This document shows, piece by piece, positions 1-13,613 of a stretch of 64,000 bases of DNA. The notes under the pieces are model-generated. The model saw nothing but the letters and a program-made list of their open reading frames with translations, was not told the origin of the DNA and did no database searches. Within the stretch, counting starts at the first letter, position 1; each line of letters begins with the position of its first letter. This DNA is from Cycas panzhihuaensis (lineage: Eukaryota; Plantae; Cycadophyta): positions 168,957,741 to 169,021,740 of the forward strand of contig CM041465.1 in NCBI GenBank assembly GCA_023213395.1, read 5' to 3'. The translations under genes and the position numbers were made by a program.

Positions 1-208
1 ATAATTAAATAATAGGGAGAAAGATCCATCCCATCTATACCTCTAAATGACACTATAAAAGTCATTTTACTAATAATGATTAGCTTATAAAATTCACAAA
101 AACTAGTAGCTTGAAAAAGAAAACATTAGGAGTAGTTCCATTCTTCACATACTTATGGAGTAGAACCAAGGTGGTTGCATCCATAATCCTCCATTATTGA
201 GGGGGGTA
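1..208 (+). mobile_element. possible 3' end of a very decayed Copia element (C-terminus plus PPT)
   Basis: Reading ...LKKKTLGVV resembles the Copia pol end (LRKMLGV), followed by the PPT-like TTGAGGGGGG at 197-206. No partner LTR found. Confidence 0.3.
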
Positions 209-1275
209 TCTTATAATTTTAAGACCTTATTAGGCAAGGTCAACATGTAAGGACTCCCTTATCTTAGTAGTTTTATGCTCAGCCCCTTATACACTACTCT
301 AACTAAGCTACATATTAGAGATAAAATGTTACCCATGCAATAAAGAGAAGGCTTATTTATTGAAAGGGAAACACTTTTCTTCGGAGTTACTACATATATA
401 AGGTGTACTTCATTGAGTACCCTTACTTTAGAGTTATTGAGAAATGCTCTCTTCTAAGGGACCCTATTCATAGTACATAATGATGAGCTCTAATGATCAA
501 TTAGCTCTATTACATGAAACATCACCAACTACACTTTCTTAACTTATACACTAAAATGTAATGGATAATAAGACAACACAAATGTATAATATAAAAAAAT
601 GAAGAATGAGGAAGAAGATTTACTATTAAATAATACATGATTTATATACTTCCAAATGTACTATAAGATCTCCATACTAAGTAGATCCTAAGTAAAGGTG
701 AGGGTTTATAAGAAACCCATATTATATTTGGATGGATATTTGTATAGTGTTGTGTGGCCATTAATACTTTATTATTGAGTATAGTATCCATTCTTTCCAT
801 TGGTATGATGGGATTTATCTATTATACCACATTTAGTAATAAGTAACTTTTTTCAATTACCCCCATGGAGGAGTCATTATAGCTAATCTAGTTAGATGCT
901 AGTACTTATTTTTAAATATTATGAATAATCGTAAAGAAAAACCTTTAAGAAATAACCTTTATATATAGGATAATAATGGCCCTTAAGAGAGAATGCAAGT
1001 TCATGCTATAAAGATAAATGATAAGGTGAGTTTGATTACCTAAAATTTATTTATATAAAGAAGTTACTCATAGTGTAATTCTATAGGTGCATTCTAGGAC
1101 TTTTACTACATATTTTATTATTCAACCCCCTTAAGAGTTTATTCTTATGTGATGGATTAGAGATCCTCTAGAGTAATTTAGCTAGAATATGAGCTTGATA
1201 AGAAATCTCTTTAGGGGTTTCTATCCTTTTAGTTTTGAATCCACCAAAGCATTAGAGTAAGCACTTATATAAGAT

Positions 1276-1708
1276 TGTTATGGTTCCCATGACCTAAGGA
1301 TGGTGTATCCTAGTAGGTTAATGTTATAGGTTAAGATAATAAAGATGGTGGTGGCTAGTACTAGTAAAATTATATAGAATTTCACTATGTTTAAGAGTGC
1401 ACTAGAGTTAAAAAAGTGTATTATAATGAGGGTTAACAATATGAACTAGAATTAATGATGTGGTTGTTAGTGTAAGTGATATAGTTACTGTGAAGATTAA
1501 GGGTAATACTTTTATGAAGCAATGTGTGTATTTTATGTATAAATACACCTACCTATGCATTTTAAATGTTAATGATCAATTTATCAATCAAAATTATTAT
1601 TCTTCAATGAAGATCAATATACTAATTTTTATTTGTTTATTTGTGTTTCTTAGGGTTTATTATCAAATCTCTTGGGTATTTTAGGTAATAAATGCTAGGT
1701 CTATTACA
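1276..1708 (+). repeat. 5' LTR of small element
   Basis: TG...CA termini; aligns along its length with 4327-4734. Confidence 0.88.
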
Positions 1709-1710
1709 AG

Positions 1711-1722
1711 TGGTATTAGAGC
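1711..1722 (+). promoter_or_regulatory. primer binding site (tRNA-iMet type)
   Basis: TGGTATTAGAGC, one mismatch from TGGTATCAGAGC, 2 nt after the LTR end. Confidence 0.8.
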
Positions 1723-4326
1723 CTTCTTCTTCAAAACCTTATTGATACTATGTCTATGTTCATCATTGAATTGATTGATGATCCAAATTTGTTACATACT
1801 TAAAGTACATATTTTGGTGCACTAGATAAGACTTTGATGGAATTGTTTGTAGATCAATGCTAGCTCTGAGAATGCTTATGATATACCTAATGAGGACCAA
1901 ATATGAGGTTAATATGTTTAGTAGTATTTCAAGGCTATTACAAGTGGTGGGATTTTCAATGATAATGGAGTTCATATTGAGAAATAATACCATAAAAGCC
2001 TTCAGCAGAGCCATCACTTGCCTTGATTGAATTGGTAAGAGCCATCATTTGTCTTTCCTAAGTTGGTATAAAGTTTATTATCAAAGGTATTCTTACTTAA
2101 CTTATCTTTCATTACCTCAATTCTTTTAGATTTTCTTGATTTACATTGGGTCCCTATGAGGTCAAAAGGCTTCCATAGATGGGTGGATCTCTATTTGTGT
2201 GCTACTATGGTTTTCTTGTAAGGCTTCAATCCTTCTGTGGGGGTGAATCTTTGTCTGTAGCTATTAGAACCTTTTATAAGGGTGCATCCCAATAATAATA
2301 AATATTCCATTAGAATTTTGATGACTAGAAAATTATAATGGATCCCAACTTTAAATGCAACAATAATAATTACATCATTTTCTCTACATTAAAAAGCTCT
2401 CAACATCTTTTATATTTTGCATCTCTAATTATTTCCATGGATTGTTTCATCCATAATATAATCTAAGACTACCATTAACATGAAAGAGCACTTCCACTCC
2501 ATTGTTCACAACCTACACCCAACATTTTTAACATCATGCCCCTTTGAGAGGAAGGTAGTATAGCAATCTTAAGCCTCATTATCACATAAGAACATTAGCA
2601 ACTATTTGCATAAAAAGTGTAGTGTCTATATCTCAAAGGTAGCTTGGATTAGAATGCAAAGTTTATGCTCCCTCTTTGGACACTATTTTATAATCTACAA
2701 ACCTTATCTAAGCTTCATAAATCTCATATGACTTCTCTATCTTGAACACCATATAGAAATCACCATGCCTATGGACATCGCTAAATGATACAAAATCAAT
2801 TTTGGTGGGTGAATATTGTTTTTATAAAGTTGGGCATTGATTTAACTAAATTGAGAAGCACTTTGAAAATTTCCCTTAGTTATCATTTGGTAGTCACATG
2901 CATGGTACAAGTTGACTAAGTTATTATTGTGAAGGGCTAAGAGCTAATTAAAAATATTTTATCATAATTTTTAAAACTTGTGTACTTAATAGTATAATTT
3001 CTTCATACGAACTCAAAATTTAATTTCATGTAATCTAAAAAAATCTATATTTTGAGGCATTCATTTTAAGCTATTATATGGCCTATTATGGTGTTATTTT
3101 ATACTAAATATTAATGTTTGAAGTTAAATATTATAGTTAATAATAGCTCATATTGTATTTTTTTATATTATATTGAGGTAGTTTAGTTTTCAATTGGAAG
3201 TCCATTACTCTTGAGGTTATATGATCCATTTTTCTTGTTAATTAAAAAAAAAAGAAAAAACATTATTATAGAATGGATTTGGAATCCAATCAAGTCCAAA
3301 ATTCTTGATTTATTCTTCATGGTTTGATCACTTTTGATGATTGGAATGTATCCTTACTCGCATACTTCAAGGATATCAACCTAAAGAATGAGTACAAGAA
3401 GATTTATAAAAGTTGTTTGCATTTGGAAAATGGCCTTATGTGGTAGGCATGCTTGTGCCACTTTGAACATAACATGGTCTATTTGGATGACTTCATTTTG
3501 GTTCTTTGATAATACATTGAAGAAGTGTTTTCTAGTGAATGTACACTTATGAAATAAGAAGCCAAACAAGAAGAAGAGCACTTCATTGATCATGTTAATA
3601 GTTTAGAAGCTCCCTTAAAAGTAAGTACATACGAAAATCATTCACCCACTTTTTTTGTAGATGTTAGAGTTAACTATGTGGAGACTAATGATATATATAA
3701 TCGAGAGTACTCAAGTAAAGTCACTAATGGATGACTTGATTCTATTTAGAAATGGATGAAACAAATGAGTGACACCACTCACAAGCTCATGAATAAGCAT
3801 GGAAACCTTAAAACCTCCATTTTATTACCAACATTAGATGAATGTAAGAGTACTATATCCATGGAAAGTATTGAGACCCTTCTTATTGTTGTATGTGTCG
3901 TGTAAGATGATAAATGCATTGCATTATGTATGGATGTTAAACACAAGGAAATCCTACTTGATAATGGAGACCTCTCTCCCCCATAAATTTACCTTATCAA
4001 ATAAAATCCATTGACTTAAAAGAAAGATGGGAGTCTAAACTTTTAGATAGGGAATCTATCAACATGTACCTTGAGCCTACATTTAGATTTTTGAATTTAT
4101 GTATCACCATTTGCTATACTTTAGGGCCACAATTTTTGGATACTCATTCTAATTCATGTAGGAATGCATACAAACATTATTACTTTCCTCTAGTGAAGGA
4201 TGTAGAAGTAATTTCCATGCAGCAATACTAGGATAATGCATTTACTTTTGACATCCTATAACAATAGGGGATGATCACATCAAATTTCAATGGTTAAGGG
4301 AAACCATCTCTTAAATAGGAAGTAAA

Positions 4327-4734
4327 TGTTATGGTTTCCACAACCTAAGGATCATATAGCCTAGTAGGTTAATATTATAGATTAAGATAATATAGGTAGT
4401 GGTGATCAATGTTAGTAGCATCTTATAGGACTATGCTACATATAAGAGTATATAAGAGTTAATAAATTATATTAGCATGAGGGTTAACATTATGTGTGGT
4501 AGTTAGTGTAAGTGATGTAGTTAATATGAGGATTAAGGGTAATACGTTTATGAAGTAGTGTGCATATTTTATATATAAATGCACCCTCTTATGCATTGTA
4601 AAGGTTAATGATCAATTTCTCAATTGAAACTATTGTTCTTCAATGAAGATCAATATACTGATTTTTATTTGTTTACTTATCTTTCTTGGGGTTTCTCTTA
4701 CATATTTTAGGTAATAAATGCTAGGTCTATTACA
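4327..4734 (+). repeat. 3' LTR of small element
   Basis: Copy of 1276-1708 with small indels. Confidence 0.88.
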
Positions 4735-6951
4735 AAGGCCCATGTATATATCCTTGTAATCTAGTAGTTTTTAACTTGTGGGATTTGGATTTTTCTATGG
4801 ATACTGCTATATCCTTTAAGTGCCCATTATGGGTTATATTTCCTAGCCTCCTTCTCCACCTATACACTTTTGTCAAAGTGCAGACCTAACTATTAGGAGG
4901 GTTTGTATCCCTAAAGCCTTAAAGATAAATTTTCTTAAGGTTAAATATTTATGCCTATGTCATAGTAGATTTATCTAAAGATTTTCCAAAATATATCCAA
5001 ATTTGGCATGGAGTGAAAACTCTAAGGAAGAGGGTTATTTTTCTTAATGTACCAAATACATGTTTTAAGTATCACTTAAGAGAGTATAAAATTAAGGATT
5101 ATCTATTAGTCTTAGTTAATGCTAAATAAGCCAACCCTTACAAAGAGGTTAATGACTCCTCCATTATTAAACATAAAAAATGGTTAGCTTAGATTGATAA
5201 TAAGAAACCCCAAGCCATAATAGCTAAGCCCAAACCTATATAGGTGGGGCAATTCTATCCTAATATTCATCATAGTTGTTTGTATTCAAGAGTAAAAAGG
5301 ACATAATATTATAATATTAACTTAGGCAATCAACTCTCTTTTATTAATTAGAAGAAAAAAATAAAAAATGGGAATCAAATGAATGACAAAGTCATACTAT
5401 AGTATACTCTTACATAAGATTTTCATATATAATGATAACCCATATATAATTGATGGGACCTTAAATAAATAATGGAGGCCTCTTACATAAAATACCATTA
5501 GTGGTTGTAATCTATAAGGGGGAATGAACTCTCACACAACTCGACAAAGGATCCAAGGCATAAAAGATCCTTGGTTAAGGGAGAGAGCAAACTCTATTAT
5601 GGATACTATATACCACTTGGAAACAAATGTAAGAGTAAAGGTAAAGTCTTAAATCAAACAATGGATCAAAGGAGAAAATAAAACACATGACTATAATACA
5701 ACTATATGCTTATTAGATTCTCCTGCAAGCATCACCCAACTGAGATTAAATGCATACTTAAAACCTTATGGGTTTAGAGACTCACAACAAGTGCAACCCC
5801 TCTACCCTCTTTAGTCTTACTAAATAAGCATGACTATGAAATACTTATTTTATTCTTTTCACTTGGTTCCCTAATTAAACTACATACATAAAGGAGAGGG
5901 AAAGGACAAGCAAACCAATGCATGTGCAAATAAAGCAAGGGTAAACACTTCCTCTCTTTCCTTAATATTTTTCCTTTTTTTAGGAAACGGGGTAGGGGGA
6001 GGGGAATTGAGGGGGGGAAAGTAGGTATTCTACTCTCCTCACTCTCTTTTATATTTTCTTTTAAAATAAAAATAGGTCACAAAGAAAAGAGAAATGGAAA
6101 ATGGAGCGAGTAGTTTCTTTTATTCATTTTATTTCTTTGGAGTAAATAAAGGAAGGTAAAGGAAGAATTTTTTTTCTTTTTATGAAATAAATGAGGTATA
6201 AAAAGGGTATTTTAGACCATATTTTACTTTTGATTTACTCTTATTCTTTCTAAAATAAAAATAATGGTAAAAGAGAGAGGTAATGAGGTGTACCTAGGAT
6301 GTATAAGTCATCCTTTTCTCCAATATCCTTTTGAAGTATGACCAACTTGGTGGATGAATATTGAACACCATGTAAAAAGCACAAATAATATAAGAAAGGA
6401 ATACTTCAAAAAAAATGATAATATTTTTGGCTACCAGATAGACTTATGACATAGAAATATTTCTTATAATTCTCTAAAAATACTAGGAATTGGTGAAAGG
6501 AAGGGTTAGAAAGGTGAAACTTTTAGAGATAATGATAAAAAGAATTGGTAGTCTCCCCTATCCTATAAGTAGTTATCAACCTTAATGGAGTAGCAAATAT
6601 GTCATTAGATAATTCTACATATATCCTAGTAGCATAATAACTAGACAAACCACTCTATGATGAAAAAGAGTTTCTTAAAATACTCTAAATCATTATAAAT
6701 TAAATTAAAATACAAGTTAGAAGGACTATACCTATGGTGCCTTACAGAAAATTTTTGGTAGAGTTTCCCCTACCCTATAGGCACCTTTCAACTTTAAGGT
6801 ATAATGAAAGAAATGGAAAAGAGGAGGAGAAAAGAAAATGAAACTCCAAGCGCCATGCTCTCACTACCTACAAATAAAGGCCTTTAAATTCTCCTCTTCC
6901 CTATCAAGTTAGCAACAAGAGTGTAATGATCCTATTCTATTGAGGAGAAGT

Positions 6952-7247
6952 TGATATGTTATTAGAAGTTAGCTTTTAGGGAGTAGTACTTTTAAATTAA
7001 TATGAAGTAAATCTGTTTATATTAGAAAGTCGATATTTTACTTGTAATATTATTATTGAGATTAGTTTTTTAATAGGGAGCTATATTGGAACCTATAAAT
7101 AAGGGAGATCCCTAACTCATTATGTAAGTTTTATTTTTGGGTTAATCTTACTTTTATTTAGAACTTGATCCCTAATAAAATTTTATCTTTTCATTTTTTA
7201 TTTTAGTTTTCTTTTATGTTTAAAGTGATAGATCTAATTTGGGATCA
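6952..7247 (+). repeat. isolated LTR (TGAT...ATCA) followed by iMet-type PBS
   Basis: Starts TGATATG after the purine tract TGAGGAGAAG, contains CTATAAATA, ends GGGATCA, then TGGTACTAGAGC at 7255-7266. No second copy seen. Confidence 0.5.
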
Positions 7248-8433
7248 CTTAAAGTGGTACTAGAGCTTCATTTTTGACATATTAAGGATCTACATTTCTA
7301 AGAGTATAAATGGAAAATTTTTTTTAAAAGTAATCATAAATTTGAGTTAACTAGGCCTATTTTATAAATTTTGAGTGATTATACTATAGGTTATAGAATG
7401 AAATTATAAAAATTATAAGGAATTTAGTTATAATGTATTGTTCATTATTATCTTTAAAGCCTAAAATCTATTACTACAACTTTAAATGGGCATAACTTTG
7501 GCTAAAAGTGTTTGATTAACCTTATTCCCAAGTTTAGACCTAATTAACAAAGTTAAATAAAAGTGAAATTTTAAGTGATTAGTTTCATTAGGAATTTATA
7601 ATCCTTTTTAAAGAAAAAGGGATATTTCTTTAGGTCTCTCGAATGAATGCACAAGGCAATTTGATTGTTTAAGTTGGTTTAGATGACTATTGTAATATTT
7701 TAGTTAGTTTTTTATGGAATAAAAAAAATGAGAATGAAAAAATCCTAGGCTAAACTAAGAAAACATAACTAAACAACCAAAACAATAAGACCTCCTTTTT
7801 ATTGGGGAGAAGAGTAATTAGTATCTTAGAAAATAAAAGGCCCATTAAAAGAAAGATTTTCCTTAATTTATCATCTTAAGGCTTTATACTCTCCTACACT
7901 TTCTAAGTTTAGTTTTTGAGAAGAGGACTTAACCTAGACCTCTAGCTAACCCTTGAAGAAGATTGTTATGTCATTCTATACTAAGGAAATGAAGGACTGA
8001 TGAGTTTAGAGATTTAGGAGATCTCATACTCAAGATTAATGACTCTATCGAGGGTTAACTACTAGGGACTCTCTCACCTCATGATGATCAACCCATGAGG
8101 ATGGATAGCCTAGAGATACTCATGTCTAATTCTAAAGGATTCCAACACTTAGAGATGAAATAAAGAATGATAAAGATGCTCTCAACCTAAAATGTGATGG
8201 AGAGCTACCACTTTTTGTATTTGAAACATAACTAGAGTTATAATGACTCTCAAGGGAGTGAGAGTTTGTACATTGGTAATGTTAGGGTCTGGATGATAAA
8301 AAACTCCTTCTCTGTGAGGCATATTTATTCTTAAAATAAAGATGGGATTGATATATCAGGGACGTCATGTCCTAATCAATCAAATGGGTCCTAGTAATTA
8401 AGAATGAGATTGGCCTAGGGAGACCATTGAGCA

Positions 8434-8632
8434 TGTTAAATAATGAGACTTCTCAAATAGATGAGGAAAAGAACTCTCTTCATTATTGAGAAAGGCAATC
8501 CTCCTTTTATACACCAAACTTTATAATTGTTACATGGTTAGTACATTAAATGTATGGATTGAGTATAGTAATGGTTTAATTATATTACTCCTCTTATTTA
8601 ATACACTTATAATAAAACATTATATTCTAACA
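8434..8632 (-). repeat. 3' LTR of Copia 1
   Basis: TGTTAAATAATGAGACTTCTCA...CATTATATTCTAACA; adjacent CCCTCTCTTAAT is the minus-strand PPT. Confidence 0.9.
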
Positions 8633-8639
8633 CCCTCTC

Positions 8640-11600
8640 TTAATGTTTTGTCCTTTTTAGTCCTATTCTTTCTTTGAGAACTTAAAAATTATCTCTGCCA
8701 AGAGATTTTATTAGAATATCTAAAACCTAACTTATTGTGGGATAATATGTTAGATCAATTTCTTTACCTTGAACTTTTTCTTGGATGAAATGATGATGTA
8801 CTTCTATGTGCTTTATTTGCATATGCAGAATAGGTTTTTTGGCCAACTTTATTGCACTCTGATTATTACATAATAGTGTTGTTGGTTCTTATTACAATTG
8901 ATTCATATCCATTATCAATTGCTTGAGCCAAAGAGCTTCACAAATTTTACTAACTATCAATTTGTATTCTACTTTAGTCAATGAAAGAGCAACTATTGGT
9001 TGTTTTTTGATACACCATAAGATTGTAGTTGAGCCTAAGAAGAAATAATATACATTAGTGGATTTTCTAGTTTTTATCTCCTGCTCAGTCATAATTAGAA
9101 TAACTAATCAATTGATTTGACTTCTCCTTGTTGCATACTAGCTTTAGATTTATAGTGCCTTTTAGATTCCTGAGTATCCTTTTTGTTGCCTTCTAATGCT
9201 TCATTTTCAGCTCCTATATATATTTAGAAACCAATCCTACTAAATATGAGATGTCAAGTCTTATAGTAGTGAGATAAATAAGGCTTCAAATCAACTGTCT
9301 ATAAATAGTGCAGTCAATTGAAGGCTCTCCTTCATCTAGGACTAGATTATAGTTTACTTCTATAGGGGTTGCACATTCATTACAGTTATCCATCTAAAAT
9401 TTAAATAGCAAATCTCTAATGTATTTTCCTTGTGAAAGTGCAATGGACTCTTCATTTTGATCAATCTATATTCCTAGATAGTAGTTTAAAGCACTAGATC
9501 TATCATTTCAAAGTCTTTTTCGAGCTAGCTCTTTATATTTGAGATGGACTTGGTGTTATCTATTGTAAGAATCGTATCATCAACATAGATGATAATGATT
9601 GAGATTTTTCCATCATTTTTCTTTATATAAATGCTAGAATTAGAACTACATCTTTGGAAGCCATTCTAGAATAGATGTTTATCTAGCTTACCATACCAAG
9701 CTCTCGGAGCTTGTTTAAATTCATATAGAGTCGTTTTGAGTTTACATACTAGATGTTCTTGCCTTAACTGGATACAACCTTTTGGTTATTACATATAAAC
9801 TTCTTCATCTAGATCTCCATTTAAAAAGGCACTTTTATCATCCAACTAGTAAATTTTCTAATTATTTTAGGCTGGTAATTCTATTATTATTTAGATTGTA
9901 TTTATTTTATCCATCAGTGAGAATGTCTCATCAAAGTCTATCCTAGTAGTCTAAGTGAGTCCTTTTTCCATAAGTCTTGCTTTGAACTTACTTATTCTCC
10001 CATATTCACCCTATTTTATCTTATATGCCCACTTGCAATTGACTACTAGTTTATTTGGAGGTATCTCTACTAGGTCCCAAGTTTTATTTTTTATAATTGT
10101 ATTTATTTCTGCATCCATGGATATTCTCCATTATGCATGCTCCTTTCCTTCGTCAAATGATTGTGGCTATAGTATATTGAAGAGTGCTTGATAATGATAA
10201 CTCCTATGTGTAAGCACATTTCCTTTTCCTTCTTCTATGGTTTTAATGTACCATTTAGGTGCCTTTTTCTATTTCTTTAGAACCTTTGTAGTTGATTCTT
10301 CTTATGATGGTTCTTCTTCAATGTGAGGAGTATGTTCAAGCTTATGCAACTCATTTTCAGTAGTTACTCATGACTATTCAATAGAAAGTTATTTTTGAGG
10401 TTTAATTCTAGGTACTTTTTAAATTATCCATATTAGAGATTTAACCTACAAATGGATTTCTTCATTAAAGACTACATCCCTACTTATATAAATTTTATCA
10501 GTCTTAGGATCTATGCATCTATATGCCTTTGAATTTTTACTATAACCAATCATAATGTATTCTATGCATTTTGAATCAAGTTTTATCCTATTTTAATCTA
10601 TATTATATACAAATGCCTAGTAACCAAAAATTTTTAAGTTACTTACATCAGGATTCCTTCTTATCCAAGCTTCTTTAGGTGTTATTTGTTATAATGCTAT
10701 GGTTGGGCTTGAATTGATAAGATAACAAGATGTCCTTACTGCTTCTTCCTAGTAATTTTTTTAGATTTGTTTTCCATAAATCATGCTACATGCCATTTCC
10801 ATTTCTATTATATTATTTCATTTAGTAACGCCATTAGACTAAGGGGTATATGAAGTTGTGAATTGTCTTCATATGCCTTTGACTTTATAGAAGTCCTAAA
10901 ATTATTTTGGAGATATATTCTCCTCTATTGTTGAACTTGACACATTTAATTTTACATCCTTACTCTAATTCTACCTTGGCTTTGAATTCCTTAAATGTGT
11001 CAAATACATCTGACTTATTATGAATGAAGTACACCCACACCTTCTTGTTGAGATCATCAATAAAGGTTAAGAAGTATCTAGAGCTATTTACAAATAGGGG
11101 TGTCAGAGGACCACATAAATATGTGTGTATTAGCTCTAATTTTTCTTTAGCATACCATTCATTTATTTTGAAAGGAAAAATAATGTTGTTTTCCACATTA
11201 ACAGCCTTTGCAAATAAAATGCTCTGATGAAATAGAGGAAAGTCTAATTGCTATATTATTATTTCCATTATTTCTAATTTATCTATAGGAAGATGTCCAT
11301 ACTTTAAATGTAATACTTTATTATTAGTATTGAGGTTTATAGTAGAGAATGCTCTTACATATATATTTGGATCAATAGGAATAGACAACAATTTATATAA
11401 GTCATTAAACTTGACCCCCTTAGCAATGACTGTACTACCATTTTTCATATCCAACATATGACACGTGTCTTTTTCATCAAAAATGGTCCTTAAACCCTTA
11501 TTACTTAGTTGAGATACTAACAAGAGGTTCATCTTGAGCTTAGGTATAAAGAGTATATTACCGATTTTCTTTACACAGCCCTACAAATTTATAGCAATGG

Positions 11601-12716
11601 TTCCTATTCCTTTAATGCTTAAGGGGTACTTATCTCCTAACTCAAATGATTTTGAGGAATAAGTTCTCATGGACTTAAATCAATCCTTTCTACTCATCAT
11701 GTGTTGTGAAGCTCTCGAGTCAATGTACCATACATCCACATCTTGAGGGCTAGCTAATAGAGCAATAATCAAGGAAGTTTCTTCTTCCTCTTCCTTTGAT
11801 TATCCTTTGTTGTAATTTCTGACAAGTCTCTTCCCTCTTTGAATCTCTTCTCTTCATTAACAACATTGATATGGATAATGTTCTGACTATCCACAATGAT
11901 AACAGACATCAAACATGTGGCATTAACTTGAAAAGTATCTAGGCTTACCATAGTTTAAGCAGACCTAGGCATCTCTTGAAAGATATATGTGATCATGTCC
12001 CTTGTTTTTTGACCATCTTCCTCTTGAAGGAGTCCTAGACTTGGGTGTACATTCTCTACCTCTAAACTATCCTCTTCCTCTTAAGGCTCCTATGTTTAAT
12101 TTTATCATAAAGGCATCTTTGATTTCATATTTATACCTTTTGTTCCTTTGTTCCTATCTCAATAACATACTTGTTAGTTCATTAAAAGATATTTCTTCAA
12201 TTATACATATATTTATTATTGTATTGATGGTTATATCAAAAGCCTTTAGTAGTTTTCCTACTACCATTTCAATTATTTCTTTCTCTAAGATGATTTCCCT
12301 AGTACTAAGGAGTTCATTCCATATAGTAATGACCTTGTGAATAAAGTTTTCTATTAATTATGTTTCTTTCATGACCAATTTAAATAACTCTTCTTTTAAA
12401 GTTATAACCCTTGCTCTATTATTTTGAGCATAAAGATTTTCAAGGGGCTTTTAAATTTGAGAGCAAGAATTTATTTTTTCAGTCTATATTAGTAAATGAT
12501 CTAAGATTGATAATTTTAAGGTTGTTACTTCTATATTATTCTTTTCTTTCTAATTTTTCTAAGCATCTCCTTCAGTCTCAAGTATTTTTTCTTTCCTAAT
12601 GGTCAATTACTAGGCATTTTTTGCACACAATAAGCTTCTAATTTAATTCTCCACACATGGTAATTATTCTTGGTCAATTTATCTGTATCATTAAGGCCCA
12701 AAATTGAGGATTCCAT
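8640..12716 (-). pseudogene. Copia gag-pol polyprotein pseudogene
   Basis: Starts MESSILGLNDTDKLTKNNYHVWRIKLEAY; protease WYIDSRASQHM near 11700; integrase LELIHTYLCGP...YFLTFIDD (10960-11196); RNase H KKQPIVALSLTKVEY (8892-9092); many stops and frameshifts. Confidence 0.92.
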
Positions 12717-13425
12717 GATTAAATTAGGTTAATGATAGATTTGAGAAGTTAGGTAATGTTAAAGTAAGAATGTCATAAGGACTGAGGTCTGAAAATAGGG
12801 TCTATCTATGTAGTTGTATGAGTTTTTGTACAAAAATAAAAGTATAATATATACAAATTTCTAAATATTATTTAGAAATGACTTTTCTACTAAGAGAAAA
12901 AAGGCCAAAAAATTAAAAAAACCTGTAGCTAGGATTTTGAAGAAAAAAACTTAAAAAAATCTTAGATCTGTAACAATAATCCATAAAATTGGTCTTAATG
13001 ATTTCATAACATAATAATACAGATGTTGGGAGTGATTTTACTTAACAAGCTAAGATATTATGAGAGAAATCTACTAAGAAATGATCAAATCTATGTGGAC
13101 TAGTAAATGGGAAAAACTGCCTCAAAATAGCTTCAAATGGCTTCGACCTACTTAAGAAAGATCATGCCTTTAATGAGATCTATCTTTTATTTAATTTTCA
13201 TTCAATTTTAACAACTTCCAAAAAATTCTATCTATACATGTTTGTATAGGTATGTACATGTAGAATTCTATAGTCTCTTACTTTTTTGGCCTTTTAGATC
13301 TTTCATTTGATGATAAAATAAATCCCCTACTTTTAAAAAGTAATTAATCTCCAACAATTTCAGACAGCACTGAAGGCCTCAGATAAATTTACTTTAGATG
13401 ATTAGAGAACCATGCCCTCATACCA

Positions 13426-13596
13426 TGTTAAATAATGAGACTTCTCAGAAAGATGAGGAAGTCCTCCTTTTTATACACCCAACTTTGTAACCGTTACATG
13501 GTTAATATATTAAATGTGTGGAATAAGTATAGTGAGGGTCTAATTACATTGCCCCTCTGCTTTAATATATCTAGGATGAAACATTATATTCTAATA
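13426..13596 (-). repeat. 5' LTR of Copia 1
   Basis: Copy of 8434-8632, about 28 bp shorter; PBS reverse complement GCCCTCATACCA immediately to its left. Confidence 0.9.
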
Positions 13597-13613
13597 GAGC
13601 AAGTAGGCCTAGG

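Larger units (their letters stand above)
1276..4734 (+). mobile_element. small non-autonomous LTR retrotransposon (no recognisable RT or integrase)
   Basis: Direct repeats TGTTATGGTT...GGTCTATTACA at 1276-1708 and 4327-4734; PBS TGGTATTAGAGC at 1711; flanks AAGAT/AAGGC are a possible decayed TSD. Confidence 0.85.
8434..13596 (-). mobile_element. Ty1/Copia LTR retrotransposon (full length, decayed)
   Basis: LTRs 8434-8632 and 13426-13596; perfect TSD GAGCA (8429-8433, 13597-13601); PBS 13414-13425; PPT next to 8633; gag-PR-INT-RT-RH order on the minus strand. Confidence 0.95.

Noticed and set aside
4890-6940. Possible further LTR or PPT fragments (e.g. AAGGGGGAA followed by TG near 5516)
   Set aside because: No partner repeat, PBS or coding remnant to define boundaries.
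7997-8040. CTGATGAG as a possible hammerhead ribozyme core (retrozyme)
   Set aside because: No properly placed GAAA or closing stems.
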